A stretch of 64,000 nt of DNA. Source: Sphingomonas phyllosphaerae (GTDB lineage Bacteria; Pseudomonadota; Alphaproteobacteria; Sphingomonadales; Sphingomonadaceae). The stretch is taken from positions 3,604,609 to 3,668,608 of the forward strand of contig JAQIJC010000001.1 of NCBI GenBank assembly GCA_036946405.1, in the 5' to 3' direction. The position numbers were made by a program, and so were the translations under genes. Positions 48,709 through 57,719 of the stretch are shown piece after piece. Position 1 is the stretch's first letter. Each line of letters opens with the position of its first letter. The notes beneath the pieces are model-generated. The model saw nothing but the letters and a program-made list of their open reading frames with translations. It searched no databases and was not told where the DNA came from.

Positions 48709-49778
48709 GCTCCCTCTCCCCGTTGGGGAGCATCGGGTGAACAGCGCGCCTCGCTGTTCAGATCAGGCTGGGAGCCTGATCGACCCGATGCTGGCTGGGG
48801 TGAGGGGTCGATGTCTCGCAGAGAGGTCGGGCTCGGTGAGACATGAGCCCCTCTCCCAACCCTCTCCCCGGAGGGGAGAGGGCTAATCGCCTCCACCAAA
48901 CCCACCCGCTGTATCTCCCATTCCAGTTCCACACCGCTCGCCGCCTTCACGCGCGCCCGGACATCCTCACCCAACGCCTCGATATCCGCACTGCTCGCGC
49001 TGCCGAGATTGAGCAGGAAGTTCGTATGCTTCTCGCTGACCTGCGCATCCCCCCGCCGCAACCCGCGACACCCGGCTTCATCGACCAAAGCCCAAGCCTT
49101 ATGCCCATCGGGATTCTTGAACGTCGACCCGCCGGTTTTCGAGCGCAGTGGCTGCGACGCCTCGCGCGCGGCGGCGATCCGGTCCATCTCGGCCTGGATC
49201 GCGGCGGGTTCGCCGGGCTGGCCGCGGAAGGTGGCGGCGATCACCACCGCGCCCTCCGGCAGGTCGGAATGGCGATAGGTATAGCCCAGCGCACCCGCCG
49301 CCAGCGTCCGCCGCTCGCCCGAGCGCAGCACCACTTCGGCCTCGACCAGCACGTCGGCGGTTTCGCGCCCATAGGCCCCGCCGTTCATCCGCACGAACCC
49401 GCCGACCGTGCCGGGGATCGAGCGCAGGAACTCCAGCCCCGCCACCCCGGCGTCGCGCGCGGTGGAGGATACGAGGATGCCGCTCGCCCCACCGCCGCAG
49501 CGCAGCGTCACCGCGTCGAGCGCGGCGGCGGTTGCGAACGGCTTGCCGAGCCGGACCACCACGCCGGGCACCCCGCCATCGCGAACGATCAGGTTCGAGC
49601 CGAGCCCGAGCGGCATGACCGGCACCGCCGGATCGAGCGCCGCGAGGAACGCGCACAAATCGTCGGCATCGGCGGGCTCGAACAGCCACTCCGCCGCCCC
49701 ACCCGCCTTGAACCAGACGAGTGGCGCCAGCGGGGCGTGCGGCGTCAGCCGCCCGCGGACCTCGGGAAGCGCGCTCAC
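48705..49778 (-). CDS. murB: UDP-N-acetylmuramate dehydrogenase with a repeat-encoded C-terminal tail
   Basis: ORF 48705..49817. LPEVRGRLTPHAPLAPLVWFKAGGAAE...GGAYG...FKNP...ELEWEIQRVG. After this, about 60 codons read through the family E repeat. I prefer GTG 49778 (GTGA overlap with the upstream micro-ORF). GTG 49817 is the longest option. Confidence 0.9.
   Translation of the reverse strand: MSALPEVRGRLTPHAPLAPLVWFKAGGAAEWLFEPADADDLCAFLAALDPAVPVMPLGLGSNLIVRDGGVPGVVVRLGKPFATAAALDAVTLRCGGGASGILVSSTARDAGVAGLEFLRSIPGTVGGFVRMNGGAYGRETADVLVEAEVVLRSGERRTLAAGALGYTYRHSDLPEGAVVIAATFRGQPGEPAAIQAEMDRIAAAREASQPLRSKTGGSTFKNPDGHKAWALVDEAGCRGLRRGDAQVSEKHTNFLLNLGSASSADIEALGEDVRARVKAASGVELEWEIQRVGLVEAISPLPSGERVGRGAHVSPSPTSLRDIDPSPQPASGRSGSQPDLNSEARCSPDAPQRGEGA
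48709..48883. repeat. Hairpin repeat, family E (composite, inside the 3' end of the murB ORF)
   Basis: GCTCCCTCTCCCCGTTGGGGAGC, nested hairpins, then GAGCCCCTCTCCCAACCCTCTCCCCGGAGGGGAGAGGGC. Same core as 54890..55000. Confidence 0.8.
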
Positions 49779-49975
49779 CACGGTCCGGCGCGCCACAATT
49801 GCGCCCACGCCTGCCACGCCGCCATGTTCGCCTCGCCCGCACGCCGCGTCGCCTCCTGCGCCGCGATCAGCGCCGCACCCGCATCGCTAGCGTGGCGACC
49901 GGCCTCCAGCGCGCGGCGCTGGGTGTCGAGAAGCTGCTTCTGCCAGTTGATCGCGGCGTCGAACCAGTTGGTCAT
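49775..49975 (-). CDS. candidate 66-aa Trp-rich helical protein between murC and murB
   Basis: Internal ATG 49975 of ORF 49775..50014 overlaps the murC TGA (ATGA). Its TGA overlaps a murB GTG (GTGA). [66 protein letters not shown]. 58 of 66 codons end in G or C. Confidence 0.45.
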   Translation of the reverse strand: MTNWFDAAINWQKQLLDTQRRALEAGRHASDAGAALIAAQEATRRAGEANMAAWQAWAQLWRAGPW

Positions 49976-51376
49976 GCGCGTTCCCCGATCGCGGCGGCCA
50001 GCCCGGCCGCCCATTTGGTGATGTCGCCCGCACCGAGGCAGATCACCTGATCGCCCGCGCGCACCTCGTCCGCCAGCACGTCGGCCAGCGCGGCGGCATC
50101 CGCCACCACCGCCGCCTGGCGATGCCCACGCTCCTGCAACCCCGCGACCAGCGCCTCGGCATCGACGCCCGGCACCGGCGCTTCACCAGCGGCATAGACC
50201 GGGGTGACATAGACCTGATCGGCGTCGTTGAACGCGCCGCGGAAGTCCTCCATCAGATTGCCGAGCCGCGAGTAGCGATGCGGCTGCACGACCGCGATCA
50301 CTCGCCCCTGCGCACTCTCGCGCGCGGCGGCGAGCACCGCGCGGATCTCGACCGGGTGGTGGCCGTAATCGTCGATGATCGTTGCGCCGCTTACCTCGCC
50401 GACCTTGGTGAAGCGCCGCTTGACGCCCGAGAAGCGCTCAAACCCCTTCTGGATCGTCGCGTCGTCGATCCCCAGCTCCAGCGCGACGCCGATCGCGGCG
50501 AGCGCGTTCTGGACGTTGTGCCGCCCCGGCATCGGCAGGTCGATCCCCTCGATCGAGCGCACCGCGCCGTCGCGCGCGCGGACCTGCGCCTCGAAGCGGT
50601 TGCCGCCCGGATAGGGCGTGACGTTGACCTCCGCGCACGTCCGCCGACGCCGCAAAGCCATAGGTGACGATCCGCCGGTCGCGGACGCGCGGGATCAACG
50701 CCTGCACCTCGGGATGGTCGAGGCACAGCAGCGCCGCGCCGTAGAAGGGCACGTTCTCGACGAACTCGACATAGGCGTCTTTGGCGCGGTCGAAGTTGCC
50801 ATAATGGTCGAGATGCTCGGGATCGATGTTGGTGACGACCGCGATCGTCCCATCGAGCCGCAGGAAGCTGCCGTCGCTCTCGTCGGCCTCGACCACCATC
50901 CAGTCGCTCGCGCCCAACCGCGCGTTCGAGCCGTAGCTGTTGATGATCCCGCCGTTGATGACGGTCGGATCGACCCCGCCGGCATCGAACAGCGCCGCGA
51001 CCATCGAGGTCGTCGTGGTCTTGCCGTGCGTCCCCGCGACCGCGACCGTCGACTTCAGCCGCATCAGCTCGGCGAGCATTTCGGCGCGGCGCACAACCGG
51101 GATCCGGTTGCGCAGCGCCGCCTCGACCTCGGGGTTGCCGCGCTTCACCGCGGTCGAGGTCACGACCACCGCGACGCCTTCGACGTTGGCGGCGTCATGC
51201 CCGATCGTCACCGCGATGCCGCGCGCGCGCAATCCCTCGATCACATAGCCCTCGGCGACGTCGGAGCCCTGCACCTTGTAGCCGAGATTGTGCATCACCT
51301 CGGCGATGCCGGACATGCCGATCCCGCCGATCCCGACGAAATGAATCGTGCCGATGTCGGTCGCGACCCCCTTCAT
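49972..51376 (-). pseudogene. murC: UDP-N-acetylmuramate--L-alanine ligase, reading frame interrupted near 50629-50634
   Basis: The N-terminal two-thirds lies in ORF 50438..51376 ([28 protein letters not shown]...[11 protein letters not shown]...[14 protein letters not shown], then nonsense). The C-terminal third lies in ORF 49972..50661 in another frame (...[18 protein letters not shown]...[10 protein letters not shown]...VVQPHRYSR...). The frames meet at GACGTGCGCGGAGGTCAACGTC. Confidence 0.85.
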
Positions 51377-52533
51377 GCGAACGCCTTCCGCGTCTGCGCC
51401 TTGCCGACCTTGATACGTGCGCGCGGCGCGTCGAGGCTCTCAACCAGATCGGCGAGATCGGTAACGGCGTTGGGCGCACCGCACGAACGCGCGCGCGTCG
51501 CGGCGTTGCCGAGCGCTTCGGGGTCAAGTCCGAGTTTCTGCATCTGCTTGGCGAGTTCCGTCGGCGTGAAGGCGGTCTGCTGAATGGTGCGCGCGCCGCC
51601 CGCGGCGGTGATCTCGCGCGCATTTGCGGTCTGGTGGTCGTCGGTCGCCGAGGGCAGCGGCACGAGGATCGCGGGACGCCCGGCGGCGGTCAGCTCGGCG
51701 ATCGTCGACGCCCCCGCGCGGGCGATGACGAGGTGCGACCAGCCCAATTGCTCGGGCAGATCGGGGAGATAGGTGGCGAGATCGGCGGCGATGTCGAGGC
51801 TGGCGTATTTCTCACGCACCGCGTCGATATCCTCGATCCGCGCCTGATGCGTGACCTGCAAGCGGCGGCGGAACGCGACCGGCAACAGCGCCAACCCGTC
51901 GGGCACCACCTGGCTCAGCACCGACGCGCCCTGGCTGCCCCCGGTCACCAGCACGCGGAAGATGCCGTCCTCGTCGGGCACCGGATAGGGCTTAGCGCGC
52001 AACGCCAGCACGCTCTCGCGCACCGGATTGCCGATCAGATGCGCCTTGGCGCGGTGCCGCGGGGTGAGCCGCTCGGTCTCGGCATAGCTGGTCGCGATCG
52101 CATCGACGCGCCCCGCCACCAGCCGGTTGACCCGGCCCAGCACCGCATTCTGCTCATGGACCGCGGTCGGGATCTTCTCCGCGAACGCCGCCGACAGCGC
52201 CGGAAAGGCGGGATAGCCGCCGAAGCCGACCACCGCCGCGGGCTTGAAGGTGCGGTACAGGTCGCGCGCGGACTTGCGTCCCTCCACCATCAGCCGGGCC
52301 GCCTTCGCCCAGCCGAGCGGCCCGCCCGCGAAGCGCCCGGCGGGGATGACATGCGTCTGCACGCCCTCGAACAGCCCGGGGAAGCGCACCCCGCGCGCAT
52401 CGCTGACCAAAGCGACGCGGTGCCCGCGCTTCATCAGCTCGGCCGCCAGCGCGGCGGCGGGCACCATATGCCCGCCGGTCCCGCCGGCGGCGAGCACGTA
52501 GTGGCGGGGGCGGAAGTCGCGGACCTGCGTCAT
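51373..52533 (-). CDS. murG: undecaprenyldiphospho-muramoylpentapeptide beta-N-acetylglucosaminyltransferase
   Basis: Last 386 codons of ORF 51373..53673. ATG 52533 overlaps the ftsW TGA (ATGA). [20 protein letters not shown]...VTGGSQGA...[11 protein letters not shown]. Confidence 0.95.
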   Translation of the reverse strand: MTQVRDFRPRHYVLAAGGTGGHMVPAAALAAELMKRGHRVALVSDARGVRFPGLFEGVQTHVIPAGRFAGGPLGWAKAARLMVEGRKSARDLYRTFKPAAVVGFGGYPAFPALSAAFAEKIPTAVHEQNAVLGRVNRLVAGRVDAIATSYAETERLTPRHRAKAHLIGNPVRESVLALRAKPYPVPDEDGIFRVLVTGGSQGASVLSQVVPDGLALLPVAFRRRLQVTHQARIEDIDAVREKYASLDIAADLATYLPDLPEQLGWSHLVIARAGASTIAELTAAGRPAILVPLPSATDDHQTANAREITAAGGARTIQQTAFTPTELAKQMQKLGLDPEALGNAATRARSCGAPNAVTDLADLVESLDAPRARIKVGKAQTRKAFA

Positions 52534-53759
52534 TCGGCGCTCCAGCGTTGCTGCGCGATATACGGACTGCGCAGCAGGAACGGATTGCGGCGCGTAAAGG
52601 CGAGCAATAGCCCCATCCCCATCGACAGCGCGACCATCGACGACCCGCCATAGCTGATGAACGGCAGCGTCATCCCCTTCGACGGCGCCAGCCCGGTGTT
52701 GACCGCCATCGAGATCAGCGCTTGCGCGCCGAACTGCACCGCCAGCCCGGAGGCGGCGAGCAGGCGGAACGGGTCCTGTTCGTCGAGCAGCTTGACGAAC
52801 ACCCGCACCACGATCGCGAGGAACGCCAGCCCGACGATCATGCACGCCAGCAAGCCGAACTCCTCGCCGATCACCGAGAAAATATAGTCGGTATGCGCCT
52901 CGGGCAGCCCGTATTTGACCGTCCCCGCGCCCGGCCCGGTTCCGAACCAGCCGCCGGAGGTCAGCGTGTTGTGCGCGGCATTGGTCTGGAAGTGATCGGC
53001 CGCGCCCTCGCCCTCGACGCCGGGAAACAGGAAGGCGTCGATCCGCTTGCGCGCGGTGCTGTAGAACAGATAGGCCGCGATCAGCGCGACCGGCACCATC
53101 GACAGGAAGCCGAAGATCACCCGGGTCGGCGTCCCCGCGATCGTCACCAGCGCCAGCCAGATCACGCAGAACATCACGGTCTGCCCGAAATCGGGCTGCA
53201 GCATCAGCAGCATCGCGATCAATCCGGTCAAAGCGGCGGTGATCGCGGTCACCGGCAGCTCGGCATCGCGCGACTTGAACGACAGCAGCCACGCGACCGT
53301 CACGACGAAGAACGGTTTGAGAAATTCGGACGGCTGAAACTGCGCGAACCCGAACCCGACCCAGCGCCGCGCGCCGTTGACGCTGACCCCGAGGAACGGC
53401 ACCAGCACCATCAATGCGACGCACACCGCCGCCCCGATCAGCGACATGCGCCGCGCCATCGTCAGCGGCAACATCGACACGCCGAACAGCACCGGCAGCG
53501 ACACCGCCACCCACATCACCTGCCGCCAGAAATAATGCAGCGGCGCGAAGTGGAGATGCTCGCCCGAATAGCGCGTCGCGCTGACCGGCGAGCCGGCGGC
53601 GACCGCGATCAGCCCGATCGCGATCAGGAACAAGGCGAGCAGCAGCAGCACGCGGTCGATATCCCAGAACCACGTCCCCAGCGGCGACGGATCGCCGCGC
53701 CCGCCGCGGTTGCGCAGCGAGACACCGGGACGCGCCGGCTCGGTTCGGGTCGCGCTCAT
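52530..53759 (-). CDS. ftsW: FtsW (SEDS family) cell division protein
   Basis: 409 aa, polytopic. ...QPSEFLKP...TDYIFSVIGEEFG...PSKGMTLPFISYGGSS. Confidence 0.95.
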   Translation of the reverse strand: MSATRTEPARPGVSLRNRGGRGDPSPLGTWFWDIDRVLLLLALFLIAIGLIAVAAGSPVSATRYSGEHLHFAPLHYFWRQVMWVAVSLPVLFGVSMLPLTMARRMSLIGAAVCVALMVLVPFLGVSVNGARRWVGFGFAQFQPSEFLKPFFVVTVAWLLSFKSRDAELPVTAITAALTGLIAMLLMLQPDFGQTVMFCVIWLALVTIAGTPTRVIFGFLSMVPVALIAAYLFYSTARKRIDAFLFPGVEGEGAADHFQTNAAHNTLTSGGWFGTGPGAGTVKYGLPEAHTDYIFSVIGEEFGLLACMIVGLAFLAIVVRVFVKLLDEQDPFRLLAASGLAVQFGAQALISMAVNTGLAPSKGMTLPFISYGGSSMVALSMGMGLLLAFTRRNPFLLRSPYIAQQRWSAE

Positions 53760-55147
53760 GCCAGCTCCTCCACCGCCGCGCGGAAGGCCGCGCCCCGTTG
53801 CTCGAAATCGCGAAACTGATCGAACGAGGCGGCGGCGGGCGACAGCAGCACCACGTCGCCGCGCTCGGCCTCCTGCGCCGCCAGCTTCACCGCGCGCTCC
53901 AGCGTCTCAACCTCGGCAACCGGCACCTGCCCGCGCAGCACCGCGGCGAAGCGCGGCCCGCCCTCACCGATCGTATAAGCACGCACGACATTGCCGAGGT
54001 GGGGCACGCAGGCATCGAGATCGTCGCCCTTCACCTTGCCGCCGAGAATCCAGTGGATGCGCGGGAAGGCGGCCAGCGCGGGCGCGGCGCTTTCGGGGTT
54101 GGTCGCCTTGCTGTCGTTGATCCACGCCACGCCGTTCAGCGTCGCGATCCGCTCCATGCGGTGCGGCAGCCCTGTGAAAGCTTCGAGCGCGCGCTCGATC
54201 GTCTCGGCGTCGACGCCCAGCGCCTCGGCGACCGCGACCGCGGCCTTGGCATTCTGTTCGTTGTGCGGGCCTTGCAGCGACGGCCAGCACGCCTGCTCGC
54301 CGGGCAGCGGCACGCCGTCGATGAAGCGGACGTTCAGCCCCTCCGGCGCGTTCGCGAGCACGTCATGCTCGGCCTCCGCTTCATAGTCGACGATCGCGAG
54401 GTGCGCGGGCGACTGCATCGCGAACAGCCGCGCCTTGCTGGCGGCGTACGCCTCGAAACCATCATAGCGATCGAGATGGTCGGGGGTGACGTTGAGCAGC
54501 ACCGCGACGTCGCAGTCGAGCGTCTGCGTCAGGTCGATCTGGTAGCTCGACAGTTCGAGCACGTAGACGCCGCCTTCCGGCAGCGGTTCCTGCGCGAGGA
54601 TCGGCAGGCCGATGTTACCGCCCATCAGCGTTGGGATGCCGGCGGTGTCGAGGATGTGGTGGACCAGCGCCGTCGTGGTCGACTTGCCGTTGGTGCCGGT
54701 GATCCCGACGACCTTGTGTGCGGGCAGGTCGGCGCGGGCCTGCGCGAACAGCTCGATGTCGCCGATGATCGGCACGTCCACGGCGCGCGCCGTCGCGGCG
54801 AGCGGGTGCGTGTTGAGCGGCACGCCGGGCGAGACGACGAGCGCGTCGACGGTGGCGAGGTCGAGTGTCTCGAGATCAATTACTTCAAGCCCTCTCCCCT
54901 CCGGGGAGAGGGTTGGGTGAGGGGCAGGGGTCTCACCGAGACCGTCTTCTCTGCGAGGCACCGACCCCTCACCCCAACCCTCTCCCCGGAGGGGAGAGGG
55001 AGTCAGGGCATCACGCTTGGCGACATCGCTATCCCACGCCAACACCGTCGCCCCGCCCGCGAGCAACGTACGAACGGTCGCGGCGCCCGAGCGTGCCAGC
55101 CCGAGCACCGCATAATGTTTCCCCGCCCAGGCGCGCGAGACGATCAT
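53756..55147 (-). CDS. murD: UDP-N-acetylmuramoylalanine--D-glutamate ligase with an in-frame 37-aa repeat-encoded insert
   Basis: ORF 53756..55231 trimmed to ATG 55147, which overlaps the mraY TGA (ATGA). [21 protein letters not shown]...[12 protein letters not shown].... Insert [37 protein letters not shown] lies in the N-terminal domain. Confidence 0.95.
   Translation of the reverse strand: MIVSRAWAGKHYAVLGLARSGAATVRTLLAGGATVLAWDSDVAKRDALTPSPLRGEGWGEGSVPRREDGLGETPAPHPTLSPEGRGLEVIDLETLDLATVDALVVSPGVPLNTHPLAATARAVDVPIIGDIELFAQARADLPAHKVVGITGTNGKSTTTALVHHILDTAGIPTLMGGNIGLPILAQEPLPEGGVYVLELSSYQIDLTQTLDCDVAVLLNVTPDHLDRYDGFEAYAASKARLFAMQSPAHLAIVDYEAEAEHDVLANAPEGLNVRFIDGVPLPGEQACWPSLQGPHNEQNAKAAVAVAEALGVDAETIERALEAFTGLPHRMERIATLNGVAWINDSKATNPESAAPALAAFPRIHWILGGKVKGDDLDACVPHLGNVVRAYTIGEGGPRFAAVLRGQVPVAEVETLERAVKLAAQEAERGDVVLLSPAAASFDQFRDFEQRGAAFRAAVEELA
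54890..55000. repeat. Hairpin repeat, family E, exactly 111 nt, inside the murD coding sequence
   Basis: CCCTCTCCCCTCCGGGGAGAGGG-TTGGGTGAGGGG...CCCCTCACCCCAA-CCCTCTCCCCGGAGGGGAGAGGG. Both ends fall on murD codon boundaries. Confidence 0.85.
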
Positions 55148-56214
55148 CGCAGCTTCAACGTCGACAGCCCGGCCAGCGCCAGCACCAGCGAGATGATCCA
55201 GAAGCGGATCACCACCGTCGGCTCGCTCCACCCCAGTTGCTCGAAATGATGGTGGATCGGGGCCATGCGGAAGATGCGCTTGCCGGTGCGCTTGTACCAG
55301 AACACCTGGATGATGACCGACAGCGCCTCGACCACGAACAGCCCGCCGATGATCCCCAGCACGATCTCGTGATGCGCGACCACCGCGATCGTACCGAGCG
55401 CGCCGCCCAGCGCGAGGCTGCCGGTATCGCCCATGAACACCGCCGCCGGAGGGGCATTATACCACAGGAACGCCAGCCCGCCGCCGATCACCGCGCCGCA
55501 GAAGATCGCCAACTCGCCCGCGCGCGGCACGTGCGGGATGCCGAGATAGTCGGCGAATTTCACGTTGCCGGCCAGATAGACGATCAACAGGAACGCGACG
55601 CTGGCGATGATGACCGGCATCGTCGCCAGCCCGTCCAGCCCGTCGGTCAGGTTCACCGCATTGCCGAACGCGACGATCGTGAACGCGGCGAAGATCGGGT
55701 AGAAATAGCCGAGGTCGATGAAGTAGCGGCTGGTGAACGGGAAATAGAGGCCGGAGCCATTTTCCTGCATCACGATCCACGCTGCCACGCCCGCGATCGC
55801 GAATTCCAGCAACAGCCGCACGCGGCCGGAGACGCCCGCGGTGCTGGCCTTGCGCACCTTGTCGTAATCGTCGAGGAAACCGATCGCGCCGAAGCCAAGC
55901 GTGACGAACAGGCACGCCCAGACGAACGGGTTGCGCAGGTCCATCCAGATCAGCACCGACAGCACGAGGCTGGTGAGGATCATCAGCCCGCCCATCGTCG
56001 GGGTGCCGCGCTTGGCGAGATGCGTCTGCGGACCGTCGGCGCGGATCGGCTGCCCCTTGCCTTGCCGGACGCGCAGCCAGCCGATGAAGCGCGGGCCGAT
56101 GATGAGCCCGATCAGCAGCGCGGTGGCGATTGCCGCACCGGCGCGAAACGTCTGATAGCGGATCAGGTTGAACCCGCCCGCGAAACCGAGTTGTTCGGCG
56201 ATCCAGTACAGCAA
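55144..56214 (-). CDS. mraY: phospho-N-acetylmuramoyl-pentapeptide-transferase
   Basis: (M)[10 protein letters not shown]...PTMGGLMIL...[13 protein letters not shown]...[12 protein letters not shown]...PIHHHFE. TTG start. Confidence 0.97.
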   Translation of the reverse strand: MLYWIAEQLGFAGGFNLIRYQTFRAGAAIATALLIGLIIGPRFIGWLRVRQGKGQPIRADGPQTHLAKRGTPTMGGLMILTSLVLSVLIWMDLRNPFVWACLFVTLGFGAIGFLDDYDKVRKASTAGVSGRVRLLLEFAIAGVAAWIVMQENGSGLYFPFTSRYFIDLGYFYPIFAAFTIVAFGNAVNLTDGLDGLATMPVIIASVAFLLIVYLAGNVKFADYLGIPHVPRAGELAIFCGAVIGGGLAFLWYNAPPAAVFMGDTGSLALGGALGTIAVVAHHEIVLGIIGGLFVVEALSVIIQVFWYKRTGKRIFRMAPIHHHFEQLGWSEPTVVIRFWIISLVLALAGLSTLKLR

Positions 56215-56215
56215 C

Positions 56216-57586
56216 TCAACTCATCCCGTTGGCAAGGCCGCTGACCAGCCGCGACAGGCCGACGCCGTTCGATCCCTTCACGAGCAAGGTGTCGCCCGGG
56301 CGGATCAGCGCCCGCACGCGATCGAGCGCCTGGCCGGCATCGGGCACATGGACGAAATCGACCCGTCCCTCAAGCGCCGCGGCCAGCGGGCGCATCGCCT
56401 CGCCGACCAGCACGGCCGCTTCGACGCGCGCCGCGACGACGTCGTCGGCGAGCCCGGCGTGGAAATCCGCCGACCCCTCGCCCAGTTCGCGCATTTCGCC
56501 GAGCACCGCGACGTGCCGGCCACCGGCCTGCTCGAGCACCGCCAACGTCGCGCGCATCGATGCGGGATTGGCGTTGTAGCTCTCGTCGATCACGGTCGCC
56601 TCGCCGTCCCCGACGCGCACCGTCAGCCGCGCGCCGCGCCCCGGCAGCCCACCCAGCTCGCCCAGCGCCAGCCCGGCGAGCGCCAGATCGGCACCCACCG
56701 CATCCGCTACAGCCAGCACCGCGAGCGCGTTCGACACCCAATGCCGCCCGGGCTGCGCGATCGTGAAACTCAGCTCGCGCCCACCGACACGCGCGGTGAC
56801 GAAGGTGCCGCCGCTGCGCACCACCATCGCATCGCTGGCGCAGACATCGGCCTCGCGGTTGAGCCCGAAGGTGACGATCCGCCCGGCATAGGGCTTGGCG
56901 GCGTCGATCAATCGCTCGCGATGCGGGCTGTCGAAGGGCACGATCGCGGTCCCGCCGGGCTCCAGTCCGCGGAAAATTTCACCCTTCGCATCCGCGATCG
57001 CGCTTTCGTCGGGGAAGAATTCGGTATGCGCGGGCGCGATCGCGGTCACCAGCGCGACATGCGGGCGCACCAGCGTGGTCAGATGCGCCAGCTCGCCGGG
57101 ATGGTTCATCCCCATCTCCAGCACCGCAAAGTCGGTGTCGGCGGGCATCCGCGCGAGGCTGAGCGGGACACCGGTGTGATTGTTGTAGCTCTTCACCGAG
57201 CGATGCGCGCGGACGCCGGGTGCCCGGTCGAGCGTCGCGAACAGCGCTTCCTTGGTCGAGGTCTTGCCGACCGAGCCGGTGACCCCGATCACCTTGCCCG
57301 CCACCCGCGCACGCGCGGCCCGGGCGAGATCCTCGAGCGCGGCGAACGTGTCGTCGACGCGCACCGCCGGGTGCGCGGTCGGCTGCGACACGATCGCGCC
57401 GCCCGCCCCTTGCGCGAACGTCTGGTCGAGGAAGCGATGGCCGTCAGTCGCCTGTCCGGCCAGCGCGATGAACAGGTCGTGGTCGCCGACCTCACGCGAA
57501 TCGAACGCGACGCCGTCGACGGTGAAGTCGGCGGTAGCAGTGCCGCCGGTGGCGGCGGCGATCTCGGCGGCGGTCCAGAGCGTCAT
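56216..57586 (-). CDS. murF: UDP-N-acetylmuramoyl-tripeptide--D-alanyl-D-alanine ligase
   Basis: [15 protein letters not shown]...[13 protein letters not shown]...[11 protein letters not shown].... Confidence 0.95.
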   Translation of the reverse strand: MTLWTAAEIAAATGGTATADFTVDGVAFDSREVGDHDLFIALAGQATDGHRFLDQTFAQGAGGAIVSQPTAHPAVRVDDTFAALEDLARAARARVAGKVIGVTGSVGKTSTKEALFATLDRAPGVRAHRSVKSYNNHTGVPLSLARMPADTDFAVLEMGMNHPGELAHLTTLVRPHVALVTAIAPAHTEFFPDESAIADAKGEIFRGLEPGGTAIVPFDSPHRERLIDAAKPYAGRIVTFGLNREADVCASDAMVVRSGGTFVTARVGGRELSFTIAQPGRHWVSNALAVLAVADAVGADLALAGLALGELGGLPGRGARLTVRVGDGEATVIDESYNANPASMRATLAVLEQAGGRHVAVLGEMRELGEGSADFHAGLADDVVAARVEAAVLVGEAMRPLAAALEGRVDFVHVPDAGQALDRVRALIRPGDTLLVKGSNGVGLSRLVSGLANGMS

Positions 57587-57634
57587 GCGCGCGGCCTAGC
57601 GGAAGCGGCACGAGCAGGAACAGCGGCCACACCA

Positions 57635-57704
57635 CCGTTCGCCCTGAGCTTGTCGAAGGGCGTGTCACGCGCGACACGTGCTTCGACAAGCTCAGCACGA
57701 ACGG
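57635..57704. repeat. Hairpin repeat, family D (between murE and murF)
   Basis: CCGTTCGCCCTGAGCTTGTCGAAGGGC ... GTGCTTCGACAAGCTCAGCACGAACGG. Confidence 0.85.
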
Positions 57705-57719
57705 TGGCGTGGGCGGGGC

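Noticed and set aside
51373-53673. 766-aa ORF suggesting a giant MurG
   Set aside because: Only the last 386 codons (from ATG 52533, which overlaps the ftsW stop) are MurG. The upstream part is an out-of-frame read through ftsW.
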